Assembly: GCA_965113315.1 (NCBI GenBank)
Contig: OZ220377.1
DNA length: 64,000 bases
From: Podarcis vaucheri
Lineage: Eukaryota
Reading direction: 5' to 3' (one strand)
The translations under genes were made by a program, and so were the position numbers. The notes beneath the pieces were generated by a model that worked only from the letters and a program-made list of their open reading frames with translations, did no database searches and was not told where the DNA came from. Shown one piece after another: positions 24,490-40,040 of this stretch (positions are counted from its first letter, which is position 1; each line of letters begins with the position of its first letter).

Positions 24490-27400
24490 CCTTTTGTGGT
24501 TTTTTTTTTTTTATTTGCAGTTTCCCGAGACAAAAACAAAGTCGGAATCATTTTTACACTTACAAGGCTCAGAAAGAAAAGACAGTGAAATGGCAAGAAA
24601 AAGAAAGGGAGAGTTTTAAGTCAGAAAGAGGAAAAGATCCACCAGCATTCATGGGACAGACTAACAGCTCAGCTTTGCTTTTAGTTCTCATAGATATAGA
24701 TATATATAGATTTTTATTTCTCTTTAAAGGTCATGCAAAAGAAAATACAACCCCCCCTCCCCCAATCCAAAAATACCCCCAGCAACGCACTTAGTTCCAT
24801 AGTAAACAAGGTGAACACCAAAGGGGAGGCGGCCCCGGTACATTAATGTTTTAATAATGAAACACCTGTTTCAACATGCGGCTTGTAATATTTTTTTTTT
24901 CATATACATGGATGTAGAGACACTTCTCATTTGTCTTCCACAGAAACCGTACAAGCATTCTAGTACGTCCCCATATTTGAATTCTCGCTTTCCTTGCATG
25001 TTTAATCCAGTACCCACCTCCCTGTTTCCAACCCCTCCCCTGGAAAAGAAATGCAGAAATAAAGGTGCTCTGAGAGAAAGGCAATTCAGCCAGAATGTGT
25101 TGGCTCTAAATGTTATCTCCTCCCTGGTTTATGCTGGATGTTCCTGTCTTGGAAGCACTATCTCCTCAGGTGCGTATGCAAAGGTGGGGGGTGAAGATGA
25201 GCCACCATAAGCTTAGATTGCGAATATGAATTTGGAAGAGAAACACATTTTTGACCTAAACCCTAGTAGTCTGCATTCTGTTCTTAGCATCCCCTGCCCT
25301 GGGCAGAGAGGACACAACTGGGTTGGGGAGGGGAAGATGCAAGGGAACATCGTCTCCTAAGCCTCATCTAGAAATAGGAGCATCATTTAACACTTCCTGC
25401 ACTCTTGAGCTCCTCTGAACTCTTCTCTGGTGGGTAGGGTGGTGCAGTGCAAAGCCCAGTCCTGAGACGGCAGGAGTAAGAGATCTAAACCTCTTAATAT
25501 AAAGTGCTTTCAATGCTGTGTCAGTGCTGGTGGGATAGCCTCCCCCACCCCCCACCGCTGCCCATTCCCTCTTCTCCCCCCCTCTCCCCCCCTTCAATTC
25601 TCCCACCCCTGCCCAGTCATTCTGTCTTGGTCCAGTTGCCCTTACATTCAATAGCCATGCGAAGTCCTGCATGAAGCGATGGGGACGGCCTTGTAGGAGG
25701 GCCTGGACAAAGGCCACACTCGAATGCCATAGAAGTTCTCGCCACCCAAGACAGAATCCACTGCATTTCTAAGTCGCTGAGGAGTTTTCCACTCCCTCCT
25801 ACCTCTTAGCAATGGAATGAATCAATGATCCTTGCTTCACTACTTCATAATCATAGCAGAGATATCCTGGAAGACATCTAAGTCTATCAACTGTACAAGG
25901 CAACCTGGGCCCTCGATAGCAGTACTATATAGGACTGTGTCTATTGATCTCAAGCAGCTTGTCAGGTTTGGCCTAGTAGGTCCAGAGGGATCAAGAAACA
26001 AATGTGCAAAGACAGTTCATTACATAAAAGGTTTGCATGACCTTTGTCTAACCACTGAACCACAGCCTAGCCACAAGGCACTATGCTTTAAACACCTCCT
26101 TATTTCCAAGTGAAGATTATGGCTACTTGCCCTTAAACTGAAGCTTGCAGCGCCTTATGTGCAACTGTTTATTAGGCTCTGAATCCTGCACTCAAGGTGT
26201 TTTCTATCCGTATGTGCAAAATTGCAAAGGCCAGCAGGGGGACATTCCTGCCATCATGCTGTCCGAGATCTCTTTTGAGGACTTTTAAAAACAAGTTTGC
26301 TTATTCTGGAAAGCTCTGAGATGATTCTGCATTGCATGCACATCGCACGGTTCGCGCCTTCCACAGGCGTTTACTTTCTTAAGAATGTCTGAAAACAGGC
26401 ATGCAATAGGTGGCATTCTCTTAAAGTGCATATCATTTTCTTTGCTGAGAAAACTAGGTGTGCCATAGTTTGTTCTTTCCTTTGGGGGATGCAGATTACG
26501 TATGGACTGAACACAGCAATAGAATTAAGTTTTGTGCTAACGAGAGGTACTGACTCTACAACATTTAGATCAGTGAAACGTGCCAAGCATAGATATGAAT
26601 AATAAGAAGGGAGGTGCTGAAAATTTAAACTGAGAGTGGTACCAGAGTGGTACCCTAGAGATTAAACAGAGTGGTATTTTGTGGCAGGAGGGCGGGGATG
26701 CTAAACGTCATCCTCCCAGGTGATAGGCAGGTTTCATTGAACTTGGTACTTTCAACTTTTGTATACCACCCATGATCAGTCAGGTGCAGTAAGGTCATCA
26801 GAAAAGTTGGGATGCAAGCATAAAATAAGCACAGCTGAGCATTGTAGAAATGGCACAAATCCAACCCCTTGGAACATGCACATGGACTAGCAATAGGCTC
26901 TGACCCCCAAGTACTGTTTGCTAGAGGTGATTGCAAGCTTCACCACACAATCCTAGCTCTACTAGTGTTTTCTACAGAATTACAAACCTCAGCTTCCCTT
27001 TCCAGGGGCAAACAGCCTTCTACCATAGAAATGTTTGCATCTTATGCATTTTTTTCTGCAGTCTACAAAAAACACACACTTATTTTCCTTATCCAATAGG
27101 CTCTAGTTCCAATAGCTCACTGCCAGCTGGGTAAAACACAGACTTTTTATTAAGCTCACAGCTACTTGCCAAGTACTGAGGTGTGGAACTCGAGTTCCTC
27201 CTAAATGTAACCTGAAATTATATCTACAGTGCAGAGCAGCGCCAACGAGGTCTTGTATTCTAAAGGGTTTAAATGTCTCATCTTAGGCTCCTGTACCTTT
27301 TAACAGTCATGTAGAAGAGGCATGTGTACCTTGCATGACACACTACACCTGTTGAAAATCCCTTCATCTACACAACTGTGGAAAGAAACTGAAACCCCAT

Positions 27401-30400
27401 CTTCTTTTGCACGTGGCAACCCTATTTGATCTTCCTTCCCGTGGTGTGTGCAATTAAGCCAGCTTCAACACATGAGCCACTGTGACTCCAGATGTCATGA
27501 AGGAGGGCTTTGACTTATGCAGAGCTCTGCATATTGCACTGGGCTCCAAGTGCAATGCACAGCAAAACCCTCTTGCAGACTCTGGCATGTTTATCCATAG
27601 AAATTGAAAGCACAGAGAAATGCATTCTACAACAAGTCATCTATATTCCATTATCTACCATCGCAAAGGACAGGTTCAAATTACACCAGCACGCTGTCAG
27701 GTGAATAAAACTGAGGACGGGTAATTGGGCACGAACTGCGCTTAAGTGGCAGTTTATGTGGAATGAAAATATAGACCAGCCCAGATTTCTCAATTTGTAT
27801 GCCATGCATCAGTTTTCAGTACTCCATTCAAGAAAAGATAGATCAGCCAACACCAGAAGTGTATTGGAGGTCTTCTCAATCTACAACCTTTAGATACAAA
27901 GTGAGGCCAAGCTTGCTGGTACATTTGAAACTGTTTACACACACAAAAGGAGAAGCTTGCTTTTCTTAAAAGTTGCTTACATTTTCTCTCTGTTTTTAGC
28001 AACTGACTAGTTGCTGGTGTGTGCATGGAGTTATCAGAGCAGAGGATGATTTGATGGATAGAGGTGGCACAGGGCATTCATAGCACTCCCTTAGCGCCCC
28101 CTGGTGATCACTTCCATCTAAAGAACAAGCAGGGCTGCTTCATAGTGAAAAAATATACTGGTTCAGATGCAACAGGAAACCATGACTTCCTGTTAATGAG
28201 AATGTATTGTGGCAAGCCTCATGCTCATACTCTCCTCCTCGGGGAACTGTGGTTTCTTCTGAGGCTAGATGAAACCAGAATCAAACTATGGTTTGGTTTC
28301 CTATTTTTAAAAAATCTAGCCAGTTAGAATCAACCAGGATCCCCAAGTTGGGACATAACAACAGCAACAACAGACATAGTGGGTTCAAAAGGAAACCTAG
28401 CAGCTGTCACACTCCTCTCGAGTACAGGGGAGAGGGAGCACAAGCCCCCAAGTCTCACTGCCGTGCAACTGCATAATGGAAATCACAGAGTTCCCATTTT
28501 GTCTAAACCAGGTCACTGTGCAATACACGCCGAGGACGTCCTGCAGAAAGTGCTGAGCCCTTCCCCTTGTGCCACACACAATTAGCTTCTCAGTATCCTG
28601 TGCTACAGAGCCTTGGTATCCTGGCATTCACTCCTTGGCCTTGCTGTGCAACTATCATGAGATATCAGCCCCGACAATCCTGCTTAATAGCAAGATTCTT
28701 CCACTTCTTTGTATAGTTCTTTTTGACCCTGGCTATGTGCTGTTGACCTAACTCCTTTGCTCCTAAGCAATGTTAAGATATAGCAGTTCTTATTAAGGAG
28801 AGGATCCTGAAACCCATTTCACAGGGGGCTTCACTTAAAACGAGCAGTTTTCCTGACCCTTCTGGGAAGGGGTTTTAGGTGTGGAACTTTACTGTTTATT
28901 CATTTGAAAGCCAGATTGGGGTGGGGAAGATAAAACGCAGCAATCTGATAAAATGATGTATCAGTAAAAAATATGATATAGTCCCATGTATGAGAAAGCT
29001 ATAGGCTCTTAAGTGAAGTGCACAGGACGTTACTGTTGAATTAAGTGCTGTGCGGCCTTTTCTTTTAAATTGAAGTGTACAGTTCTTAATTTTGTTGCGT
29101 TCAGCTTGAGGTTTACAACTGCATGCATCGTCAGCATATTAAGTTGATTTGTGAATGTGGACTCCAGCTGAACTGGAAACACAGGTTTGATGGTCAAGTA
29201 GACGCAAAGGTGGTGTAATATGAATGAGAATACCTTTTTGAGGGCCCAGCTAGATATTATGGAGTGCTGTGGTGCAACCACCAACCCACCGTTCTGTGTG
29301 AGGTGCTGATAACATCTACTTAGAGAAAGGCATAGCATCATCTCGGTGTTTCCAAGCCCTTGACAAACAGTAACCAGTGAAATGGAATCAGGAGAGGAAG
29401 AACACTCTGACCTAGTTAGATGCTACTGGAAAGATTTGTGGAGAAGACACAAATTGGTCATCTTTAGTTTGGTGTCTTTGAGAGTGCTGGATGGAAGGTG
29501 ATTTAGATATGTCTGATAATTGAGCACTTCTTTTATTCTTGCCGTGACACTTTGAAAGACACGCTGCAGGAAGCTTTCAGCAGTAATGCACCTGCATTAA
29601 GGTTGCTTCTAGCAGGAAGACTGGCTCCTTTGCATGAGAGGACTACCCCATCCATTGCCAAAGTAGCAATCTTCTTGTTGCAAACCGTGGTTGAAAGAGG
29701 AATTTGCAGTCCCTGGCTTAACATTGGCTCCTCTGCCAAGTAAAACATGGATATGGTCTCAGTGGTGGAGCCAACAGACTGCTTGATGAGGAAGCTTTTC
29801 CAAAGAAAATTGTCTGACATTGACTCAAGAATAATCTATCAGGTGTAGGATGGTAATAATGGAAGACTAATTTGTGGTGACCTGCTTGTCCCAAAGCTCT
29901 TCAGAGCTTCTAACTACTGCATCTCTTTATAAAGAGTCCACTAAAACACCTTTTGTGCCCATACAGAGATTATCTGCATGTAGGAATCAAAAGAAAGCTA
30001 ACAATGTTAACAATGTTGTTAACAATGATATTTACGAGATGGGGTGATTCCTAAGCACTAAAATTGGATTAATTAACCTCATTTTACCACCACCTCACAA
30101 TTATATACCCAATAGTTTATAAAAATACTAGTGACAGGAAATCTGTAAGTTCCTTTGGCAACTTGTTTTGCTGCCCATTGATTCACATGAGCAGAGTATT
30201 GGTTGTGCACCCATGTTAGTGTGAAAGCCTTTCCTCTAACTGTAGCTAATGGAAATGCAATAATGGCAAGCAGGGCTTTTTTTTTCAGCTGGAACTCGGC
30301 TCCAGCACCTCTCAGGTGGGCACCATTGCCATTCTAAGAGAACAAGGGAGGTGCTCATCATGAGTTATGGCACCTCTTTTTGTGGAAAATTAGCATCGAT

Positions 30401-33400
30401 GGCAAGGCATAAGCATCTGATCTTTAACCTGTTCTAAAAATCCAAAATGCTGCATCTTCCCCTACCTTATTATGCAATGCTTCCAGCTGCTGAGGTCAGC
30501 ACTGGTGGGAGGGAAATGGGAAGCATAGCAAGAAGTATTGCCCTGAAAATGCACTCCTATTGTCAGAATTTACAGCAATCATTGTTGCTTTGGCACGAAG
30601 GTAAGCCCAGCCTCCTGTGCTGACCTGCTTATTTAGCTGGGTGAGCAGTGATCTGAATGGATCACAATGTGTGTTTTCTGGGTGGTTGATGCCCTGATTC
30701 AGAGCTACAAACCCATTGAAAAGATAGCAAAATCAACCTTGGGCTAAAGCTGTTTCTGCACCAGCACCACATTTCATTTCCCATGCCTCTACTGACCTTC
30801 ATGCTCGTCCCATATCCCTAAGTGTTTCCTCCTCTTTGGGTTTTTAAAAAACAACAACACCAAGCCCACAATGATGCTGAAATTGCACAATTTAAACATT
30901 TTGAGATAAATTCACCTAAGTGACTGATGCCTGCGCAACGTCAGATGATGGCTTGCTGACTGGGAGACTGCAAAAATTGCCATGCTTCAATAATCAACTG
31001 AAGAAAATTCACTCTTGAATTTTCTACCCTTTGGCTGTCCAAACACCACCAGCAAATCTTGCAGTTGCATTTCATTATGTACCGCCACCTTTTCCAGAAG
31101 CAGGAATGCCTTCCTAACATGACTGAACTGAGAATGCCTGCCAGTAGGTCCCATGCCAGCCAAGCCTGCAAATCTTTAGGAATCGCAGCCCTGCTTTAGC
31201 AATGCCTGCAAGTCCTGCTCTTAACAGTATATACATACCCAAATAAAGTCTTCCAAACTTTGCAAACCTTGAATAAGAGGCAGTGTGTTCTAGCAATTAA
31301 AACTCTACACTCTGGAAAGATCCACCTGAGTAGCTGCTGTACAGCCCTGATCTGTCTATTCTATGTTAGCACCCCCTCTGCAGCATTTGGCAAGACCCTT
31401 TAATGGGCACCAGGCTGAGTTACTAAATGCAGCAATCTCTGGATCAACAACAAAGAACTGTTTCACCGCCTCCTAAGCCTCATCTAGATATACGCCCGAC
31501 TGGTTTGACCAACAGTCTGAGGAAACTCTTTTTAGAGTAGATATGAAGACACCCCATTAGGTAGAGGAGAGTCAAGGCCAGGTGGGAGGTGGCACAAGTA
31601 AGATCAAAGAAGACAAAAGAGCCCTTCTCAGATTGTTTCACCATAATACAAGTTTTTCAGACCTCCCCACTACAGCCAGAACTGCAGCATGACATTCTTC
31701 CTCACCCCTTTCACAAGCAGCCATATTACCTGCGATTTATCTAACCAGCAGCATACTACAAAAGAAGAGTGCCAAGAAGACATGACAGCTCTTGATTTGA
31801 TATGGTGGCAGAGGGAGGTGTGGATTTCTAAAGCACCTAGTACCACTGCCTAATTTTAAACATGGTGCTTTTGCCCCGCCCCCCACCACAAGTCCTCTAT
31901 CCTTATTCCCTACCCTGGTGTTTAAAATCTTTTCTTGCATCTCCCCACCCCAATACACTGGTTCTGGAGAGATGACTGGACGACCCCTTAACTGAAACCA
32001 ACAATGCCACTTTGCTGGCTGGCCAGAGTCCACCCTGCAATCGGTGGTTTGCTTGACAACTCCATACCTATCCAAAATATGCTTATGGCATGCTGAGCAG
32101 AGGCAGGAGGAGGAGGAGTAAGTGGGAAACCGCCCAGCCTCCAAAACTTGTTCCTTGTAGCCTCGGCCAAGGCCAACAATGCAACCCACCCCAATCTATC
32201 AGCCAAAGGCAAGAGCAGCGTTTGGGCAGTGAGGTGCTGAACGGGGCATGTGCCTGTCTCCTTTGTGAATATGAAAGGGGGCAGGAGGGAGGGGGCCATT
32301 AAGAACAAACATCCCTGTACTTCATACATCACCCAGCTCTCTCGGCAAATGTCAGCTACCTGCCATAGTAAGCAGAGGACAGTTGTTTGTACCTTGTTTT
32401 TGCCGGGGGGGACCTAACGGAGCTGTGGTTGGTAATGGATGCAGCTCCACAGCATTTTGCTTGCACTGACCCATAAAGAGACAGCAACTCCCTTCTTCCT
32501 CCACTAGGGCTTGGTCCATTCAGAGCATCACCTGCTCCCCCTTTGGCTTGGCTTGTTTAGGGCTGCCTGCAGAGTCAGCTCCAGAAGCTGCCTGAAGTGG
32601 TTTCCTCTCTCCTGCTAGAGGAATCTGCACAGAGTTTGTTGCCAGGAGGCTCTTGCTCTGGGTGCGTGAGCTGGAGGGAGCGAGGGAATGGCCAAGTGCA
32701 AGCTTAGCTGACCAGCCCTCCTCCTTCGCGGCTGATGAAAACTTAAGAACTGATCCGCAAAGGCAGCAAACCAGCCCTTTTGTGTTTGTTTTTCTTCTTT
32801 GAAATCAACATGGGTTTCTGCTCAAAGGAAAAACACAGAGGAGAAAGCTGGGCTGGACTTTCAGAAAGCAAAAGCCGACAAAATGCCTTCCAAGAAGGTA
32901 CCCGCTGCTCCCTTCTGTTGGGCAGGGAGTCCAATTCTGAGAACTGTTAAAGAGGATGAGGTTCAGCGGTGTCAACCTTCCTCCTCCCCAGCTCTCCTAA
33001 TCTGTCACGACTGTCCCAGCCAGCCCCATTAAGCCGGGGCGGCCTTCCCCACCGTAAGCAAGCCATGGCATGGGCACAGGCACGAGGACACAACTGTTGG
33101 TAGCCCTTTGGCAAGAGGTCAGGGTCAGGGATGCTTGGGAAATGTGAGTGCCAATGAGAATCCAGACATTCAAAAAAACCTGCAAGTGAGACCTCTTTAT
33201 ATCTCTAAGGCTATGTTACCCTTCGCGTGAAGAACCCGTCAGCCTGGCCATAGCCAACTGCCACCGGGTAATCGCTGGCTCTGGGTTAGCATGGGAGGGG
33301 CCCAGAAAACAAAGCCCCACCCCCCCACCCCCATCCCCAAAAGGATCACCTTCTAGCCAAAAGAAGAACAAAATAAATAAAGAGTCTGAATAATTATAAT

Positions 33401-33599
33401 CATCATCATCATAATCCACAACCACAGCTAGAGGAGAAAATAAACGGTCAGCCCGAGAGCTCGGAAAGAGCATCCTCCGCAAAAACAAACGGTAACACAG
33501 GTCACAGACTTCCAAGCGCGAACACGACCACTGGAGAAGGCCCATGCTTTGGCAGAGAATGCAAATACTGTAAAAGTTTTTTTTCTGGGTTTTTTGTTT

Positions 33600-33630
<31 letters not shown>

Positions 33631-34139
33631 TTCACCTAACAAACTAACACCGTTCAACACTGGGGTCGACACAGGGAGGTGGAGCCTTTTTTTGTTTTTG
33701 TTTTGTTTGTTTGAAGTTGAGACATTTTTTTCATTGCAACACCTGGTCACCTGAACAGCCGGACGGACGGACACAAAGAAATGGAGTTGGTGGGGATTTG
33801 GGAGGCGCAGTGTGGCCACGCTGCGAGTCGGACAGCTGGGTTGGTTCGGCTGGGTTTGCTGATTTATTTATTTCATTTATTCAGAATCAAGTCTGGTTGG
33901 ATTTTTTCTTTTTTCCTTTTTTATATATATATTTCTTTTTTTTAGATTAGGGTTTTTTTGTTTGTTTTTTTCTGCAAACACAGGCACTGGAAATGAAAGA
34001 GGAGAGGATGGGGAAGGGGAACGGGGGGGGGGGGGGACACGAGCATGCGGGCACGTGCTTGTCACCGCTGCTTCCGGCTAGCGGCTCAGCTCAAATCACC
34101 GTCTCCTTCGAGATGAAACCAGAATATCCAGCATTAGCT
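24490..34139 (-). other. CAMK2B: CAMK2B terminal non-coding exon (3' UTR); start firm, distal end inferred
   Basis: Acceptor gtgtctttcag|agcta at 34140/34139; preceding coding exon ends 2 nt after the stop codon. Confidence 0.55.
24510..24515 (-). terminator. CAMK2B: Candidate distal polyadenylation signal of CAMK2B
   Basis: AATAAA on the minus strand (ctgcAATAAAaaaa) with upstream TGTA motifs, closing a TE-poor UTR-like block. Confidence 0.5.
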
Positions 34140-35128
34140 CTGAAAGACACAAGCAGGTAGAGAGATGCTGTGAACGATTGCCAGAGACTGTTCCCCCTCT
34201 GCAGGCCATACCACTTCCGAGCCTGACTCTGGGCCTTCCTTTAGTACTCTGGCCTGGCTTAAACGTGTTGCCAATCCTGCTTCTTGCTTCGCTGAATGAT
34301 AAATAAGAGGGAAAGGTTTGTGCGTGTGCAGATCTCTTGACGTTTGTGCATCTGGAATGTAGTTTGCTGCACAGAACCGTCTTCAAATATCTCAAGGGCT
34401 GTCGCATGAAAGACGAAACAAAGTTCTTTCTTTGCTGCTCCTCCATTGGGTAGGACACGAACCAATGGATTCAAGTTACAAGAAAAGAGATTCCAACTAA
34501 CTTTCTGATGGTAAGAGCTGTTTGACAGTGGAAGTGACTCCCTCGGAAGGTGGCGCACTCTCCTTCCCTGGAGGTTTCTAAGCAGAGGTTGGATGGCCAC
34601 CTGTCAGGGATGCTTTAGCTGAGATTCCTGCATTCCAGCAGTTTGGACTAGATGTCCCTAGGGGCCACCTTCGAACTCTATGATTCTAACCACCTCACCA
34701 CCTAGTTTAGCCTCTGTCCCCACCCACCACTGAGAGTCACCTCCTGAAAAATGCTGGAAATGGTCCCCCACCCCTCCTTGCCTTGGTCTTACCCAGGGCC
34801 ATCTTAAGTATATATGGCGCCAAGGAGCAAAGATCCTTCCGGCGTCCCCCTCCCCCCCGTTTCCCAGAGTTGCTGACCATTTTACAGCACTGCCGGCAGC
34901 TTTGCGGGGCTGGAGGAGCTGGGCAGCGGCTAGAGGGTGGCTCCTCCAGCGGGGAAGAAGCGGAGGCTCCGGGCATGGCGCTGCTTCAGGGAGGCGGGCA
35001 AGGGCAGTGAGCTGATCCCGGGAGGTGCTGCGCTCAGCCTCCACCTCTTCCCTGGTGCCCTCCAGAACTTGGCGCCCTGGTGCCCTGCGCCACTTGCCTC
35101 TATGGGCAAGATGCCCCTGGTCTTACCT

Positions 35129-35455
<327 letters not shown>

Positions 35456-37242
35456 CTATGCTGTCGTGTGCTAACAGATGAAGTGAGTAACCCTGACTTA
35501 AATAAGAACTCAACACTGTCACTGAGTGATGGCTCCCACCCCTGCTCTGGAGCCAGACAACAGTTTCAGATACGGATGCAGGCAAGGAGCAAAGGATATG
35601 GCAGTGTGTCAGGATGGATGGAGAGGAAAGTATACGCCAGTTAATGCACGAAAACAGGGTCATTCCCTCCCCCCCCACCCTTTTTCAAGGAAAACACAAC
35701 CCCTGAGGGGGCAACTCTTTGAATTTGCTTGTTGATTACTAGATTACTTCACCAGAAAGTAAGGGTTTGCGTTCTGTTCAGCTGATTAGGAAGGAATTAG
35801 GCTGGCACACCTGGGAAGATACTATAAGAATTGGTGAACGAGTTGGTGGTGGCACAACCACAGGCGCAACTGAACAGCCCTGACCTCGCCACTGCCGTAC
35901 CCTGCCCCAGCCTTATCCAGGTAAGTAGCAGCAAAGCTTGTGTCAGGAGGGCAAGCTCCCTTACAATTGCTGCTACTGCATCCAGCTGAGTATTGCCTGC
36001 GCAGACCGGCAACAGCTTCCCGGGGTCTTAGGTGGAACAGGGGTTTCCTCATTACATGATCTCTTTAGCTGGAGATGGCAGGGAATGAACCAGAGTACTT
36101 CCCCAACCCAAACATTTGAGATCAAGTGGAGACACTTTCTTAACACTACTGCAACGTTTGTTGATGGTGTGGTATGTGGCACCCACATGAGAGGGTGCTC
36201 TCTATATTAGCGCCCCAACTGTGAAACACCCTCCCCTCACAGATTCCTGGTTGATGCCAACCCTGATGGGTTTTAAGAAGCTGGTAAAGACATTTACTGA
36301 GGCCATTGGGTGCCATGGACTGGCTGGATGCAGAGGAGTGGTGGGAGGCAGTAGCCAGGGGATTGGTGGTGGGACCATGATGAGTGGTCAGAGGGAGAAG
36401 AGGGAGCAGGAAGAGGCTGTGGCAGAGAGCCATCCAGACTCAGAGGCAGGATAGGAGGTGGGGCCAAAAGGCAGAGATGACGCCTTCAGGCTGCTGAAGA
36501 AGCCAATGAATCCTTCCCTCCTGCTATGACCAGCTCCTCACCCCCTCTGGTCTCCCAGAACCAGCAGTGGTATGAAGAGGGCAGAGCAGAGACAGGCAAG
36601 GCAAATAAGTCTCAGGTTGCCTGGGAAGGAGCCAGGGGTAGGAGGAGACTTAAGGAGTTAGTTTACTAGAGGAGGGTCCCCCCCCCACACACTCTTGCAC
36701 TGCTGTGATAAAATGTTGATTTATTGTGGTAATCAGTTGAATTTGTTTAAGATTGTTTCATTAGGTATTAATACATTTTTATGGTCTGCCCACACAGTGA
36801 TTGAGGTGGGGCTCCTCCAGACAACCAATTTAATCAGCCTTTGTTCTGATTTGCTTTCACAAAACTTGTGTGTAAGTCAGACTTGTGGCCAGTTTCTACT
36901 GAGGATTCCTTCATATTTGTTTACAGTACACTAATGAGCATTCACCCTGATTTGCTTGCAGGGTGTTTATGCATCTTCCTGTTAATCATTCATTCATTCC
37001 ACACTTTTCAGTGCATTTCCCATCACATTCCTAATGCGAAAGTCTTCTGTTTGCACCGGAGTGACAGAGAACTTCAATTCATTGGTGCAAACCTGAAGTT
37101 CCAGTATGCCCTTGAATCCCTCCTGCAAAATAGTGACAGTCTGGATTCACCCTTTGATGATGAGCGGGTTATAAACTTTCTCTATAAATAAACAAATAAT
37201 TAAGCAAGCACTCATATGTCACCTGTCCCCACAACCAATATA

Positions 37243-38502
<1,260 letters not shown>

Positions 38503-39169
38503 GATAAGGTTATCAGTGGCTAAGACCCAATACGGCTATGTTCTACCTTTATGTTCAGGGCTGGTCTAAAGGCCTAGATACCCAGAAATCTCTTTCATTT
38601 TCCATCAAAGCTCAGGAAGCCTGAGCTATTGTGTTCCACAGAATGCATCTACCAAGAGAGGAAAAGATCTATCTAACTGAGAAAGGAGTTGGATAAATAA
38701 ACATCCAAAATAAACAAGTAAATATGATCCAATAAACTGCTGGGCTGCATCATCTCAAGAAACTGATTATGGATGTCAAAATGTGCTTCTCTGACAGTAA
38801 AAGAGGTACTGCTGAGTTGCTCTTTGCTCATATGATTGTAGCTCAAAAACTTTGGAAGCAGTGGCTAATTTGTGCCTTTAGATTGGGTCCACTCAAACCT
38901 GAACCAATTTTATCAATGTGCAGAAAGGGACCAATCCAAGTGACTTGTGATACTCAAACTCCAATTAGGAAAAGTCAGAAGCCCAACAAGGAATAACCAA
39001 GAGAGTTTTACGAACATTAACTCCTATGTAGACGAGACAGTTTGGCTATACCAAGTGGCTCAGCGAGGCAGGTATAAAGGCAATTGTGAGGGAGGTAAAA
39101 AGAAGAAGTCAGTAATCAAAGTGAAATTTGTTGGAGAGTGTCCTCATTAAAACTCGGGGGGGGGGGGTT

Positions 39170-39345
39170 CAAGGATATGGGCTAAAGTCACACGAGGCCA
39201 CCACCTTGCTGAAGCTAAGCAAATCCGGGTCTGGTCGGTGCCTGGATGGGAGAGACTGCCTTGGGACCACATGTAGCACAGCTCCTTTGGGTTCCATGGT
39301 GGAAGAAAGACAAGATATAAATGTAGAATGTAAAATAAATGAGAC
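39170..39345 (+). mobile_element. 5S rRNA-derived SINE-like element
   Basis: gaagctaagcaaatccgggtctggtcggtgcctggatgggagag resembles the 5S internal control region, followed by a non-5S tail; related copies at ~23840-23940 and ~50080-50215. Confidence 0.6.
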
Positions 39346-39964
39346 TATTTATTGGGAGCATCACTGATTGACACAGTGAGCTAATGGCTAATCATATTTC
39401 TGAATGACAAGAGTGAGAGGAACATATCCCCCAGGACAAGCCCAACTGCCGTGTTTCAGAGCAAGCACAATGTTCTCAAATGCGTTTCCTATGGCTATTG
39501 GGTAATGAATGGGAGAACCTCACCTTAAAATCTACAGCTACTTTTATTTTGCACGAAGAAGACAGACCTGCTCAAAAACTAGCCGGCAAACTTATTTTTT
39601 AAGATTCCTGGTGGGGACATGAAAGATATGGCACTTCCTCCTGTGGCAACATTTGGAAGCCCACAGGTGGCTCTGGGATAACACAGGTGGTAGAGATTTA
39701 ATCTCAGGGTTGTGAGTTCAAGCATCGCATTCCTGCAATGCTGGAGGTTGGACTAGATGATCCCAGAGGCCCCTTCCAACTCTAGGATTCTAGGTCATCT
39801 GTCCCCCCGTCCCCCATCCCCCCCGGATTTAAAATAACAAGTGGCATAGTGACCAGATTAAATCTGCAGATGAAGGGCACTGTATACATTAATGAATGCA
39901 AAGACATGCAAAACTGGGTTTTGAGCCCAGTATTTTAGTGAAACCAAACATCCCGTCTACTTAC

Positions 39965-40040
39965 GCATATGCCTCAAAGTCCCCATTGTTCACAGCCTCA
40001 ATCAGCTGCTCTGTAATCTTTATGATTTCCTGCTTGCGGG
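39965..40040 (-). CDS. CAMK2B: CAMK2B first hub exon: (x)[25 protein letters not shown]
   Basis: 76 nt, cttgtag / gtaagt, phase-1 start. Confidence 0.97.

Noticed and set aside
36180-36720. Possible solo LTR in the last coding intron of CAMK2B
   Set aside because: Looks repeat-like, but I could not define TG..CA ends or a TSD
39170-39345. Possible 5S rRNA or tRNA genes (also 23954 and 61002)
   Set aside because: Degenerate Pol III-derived heads fused to SINE tails, not intact RNA genes
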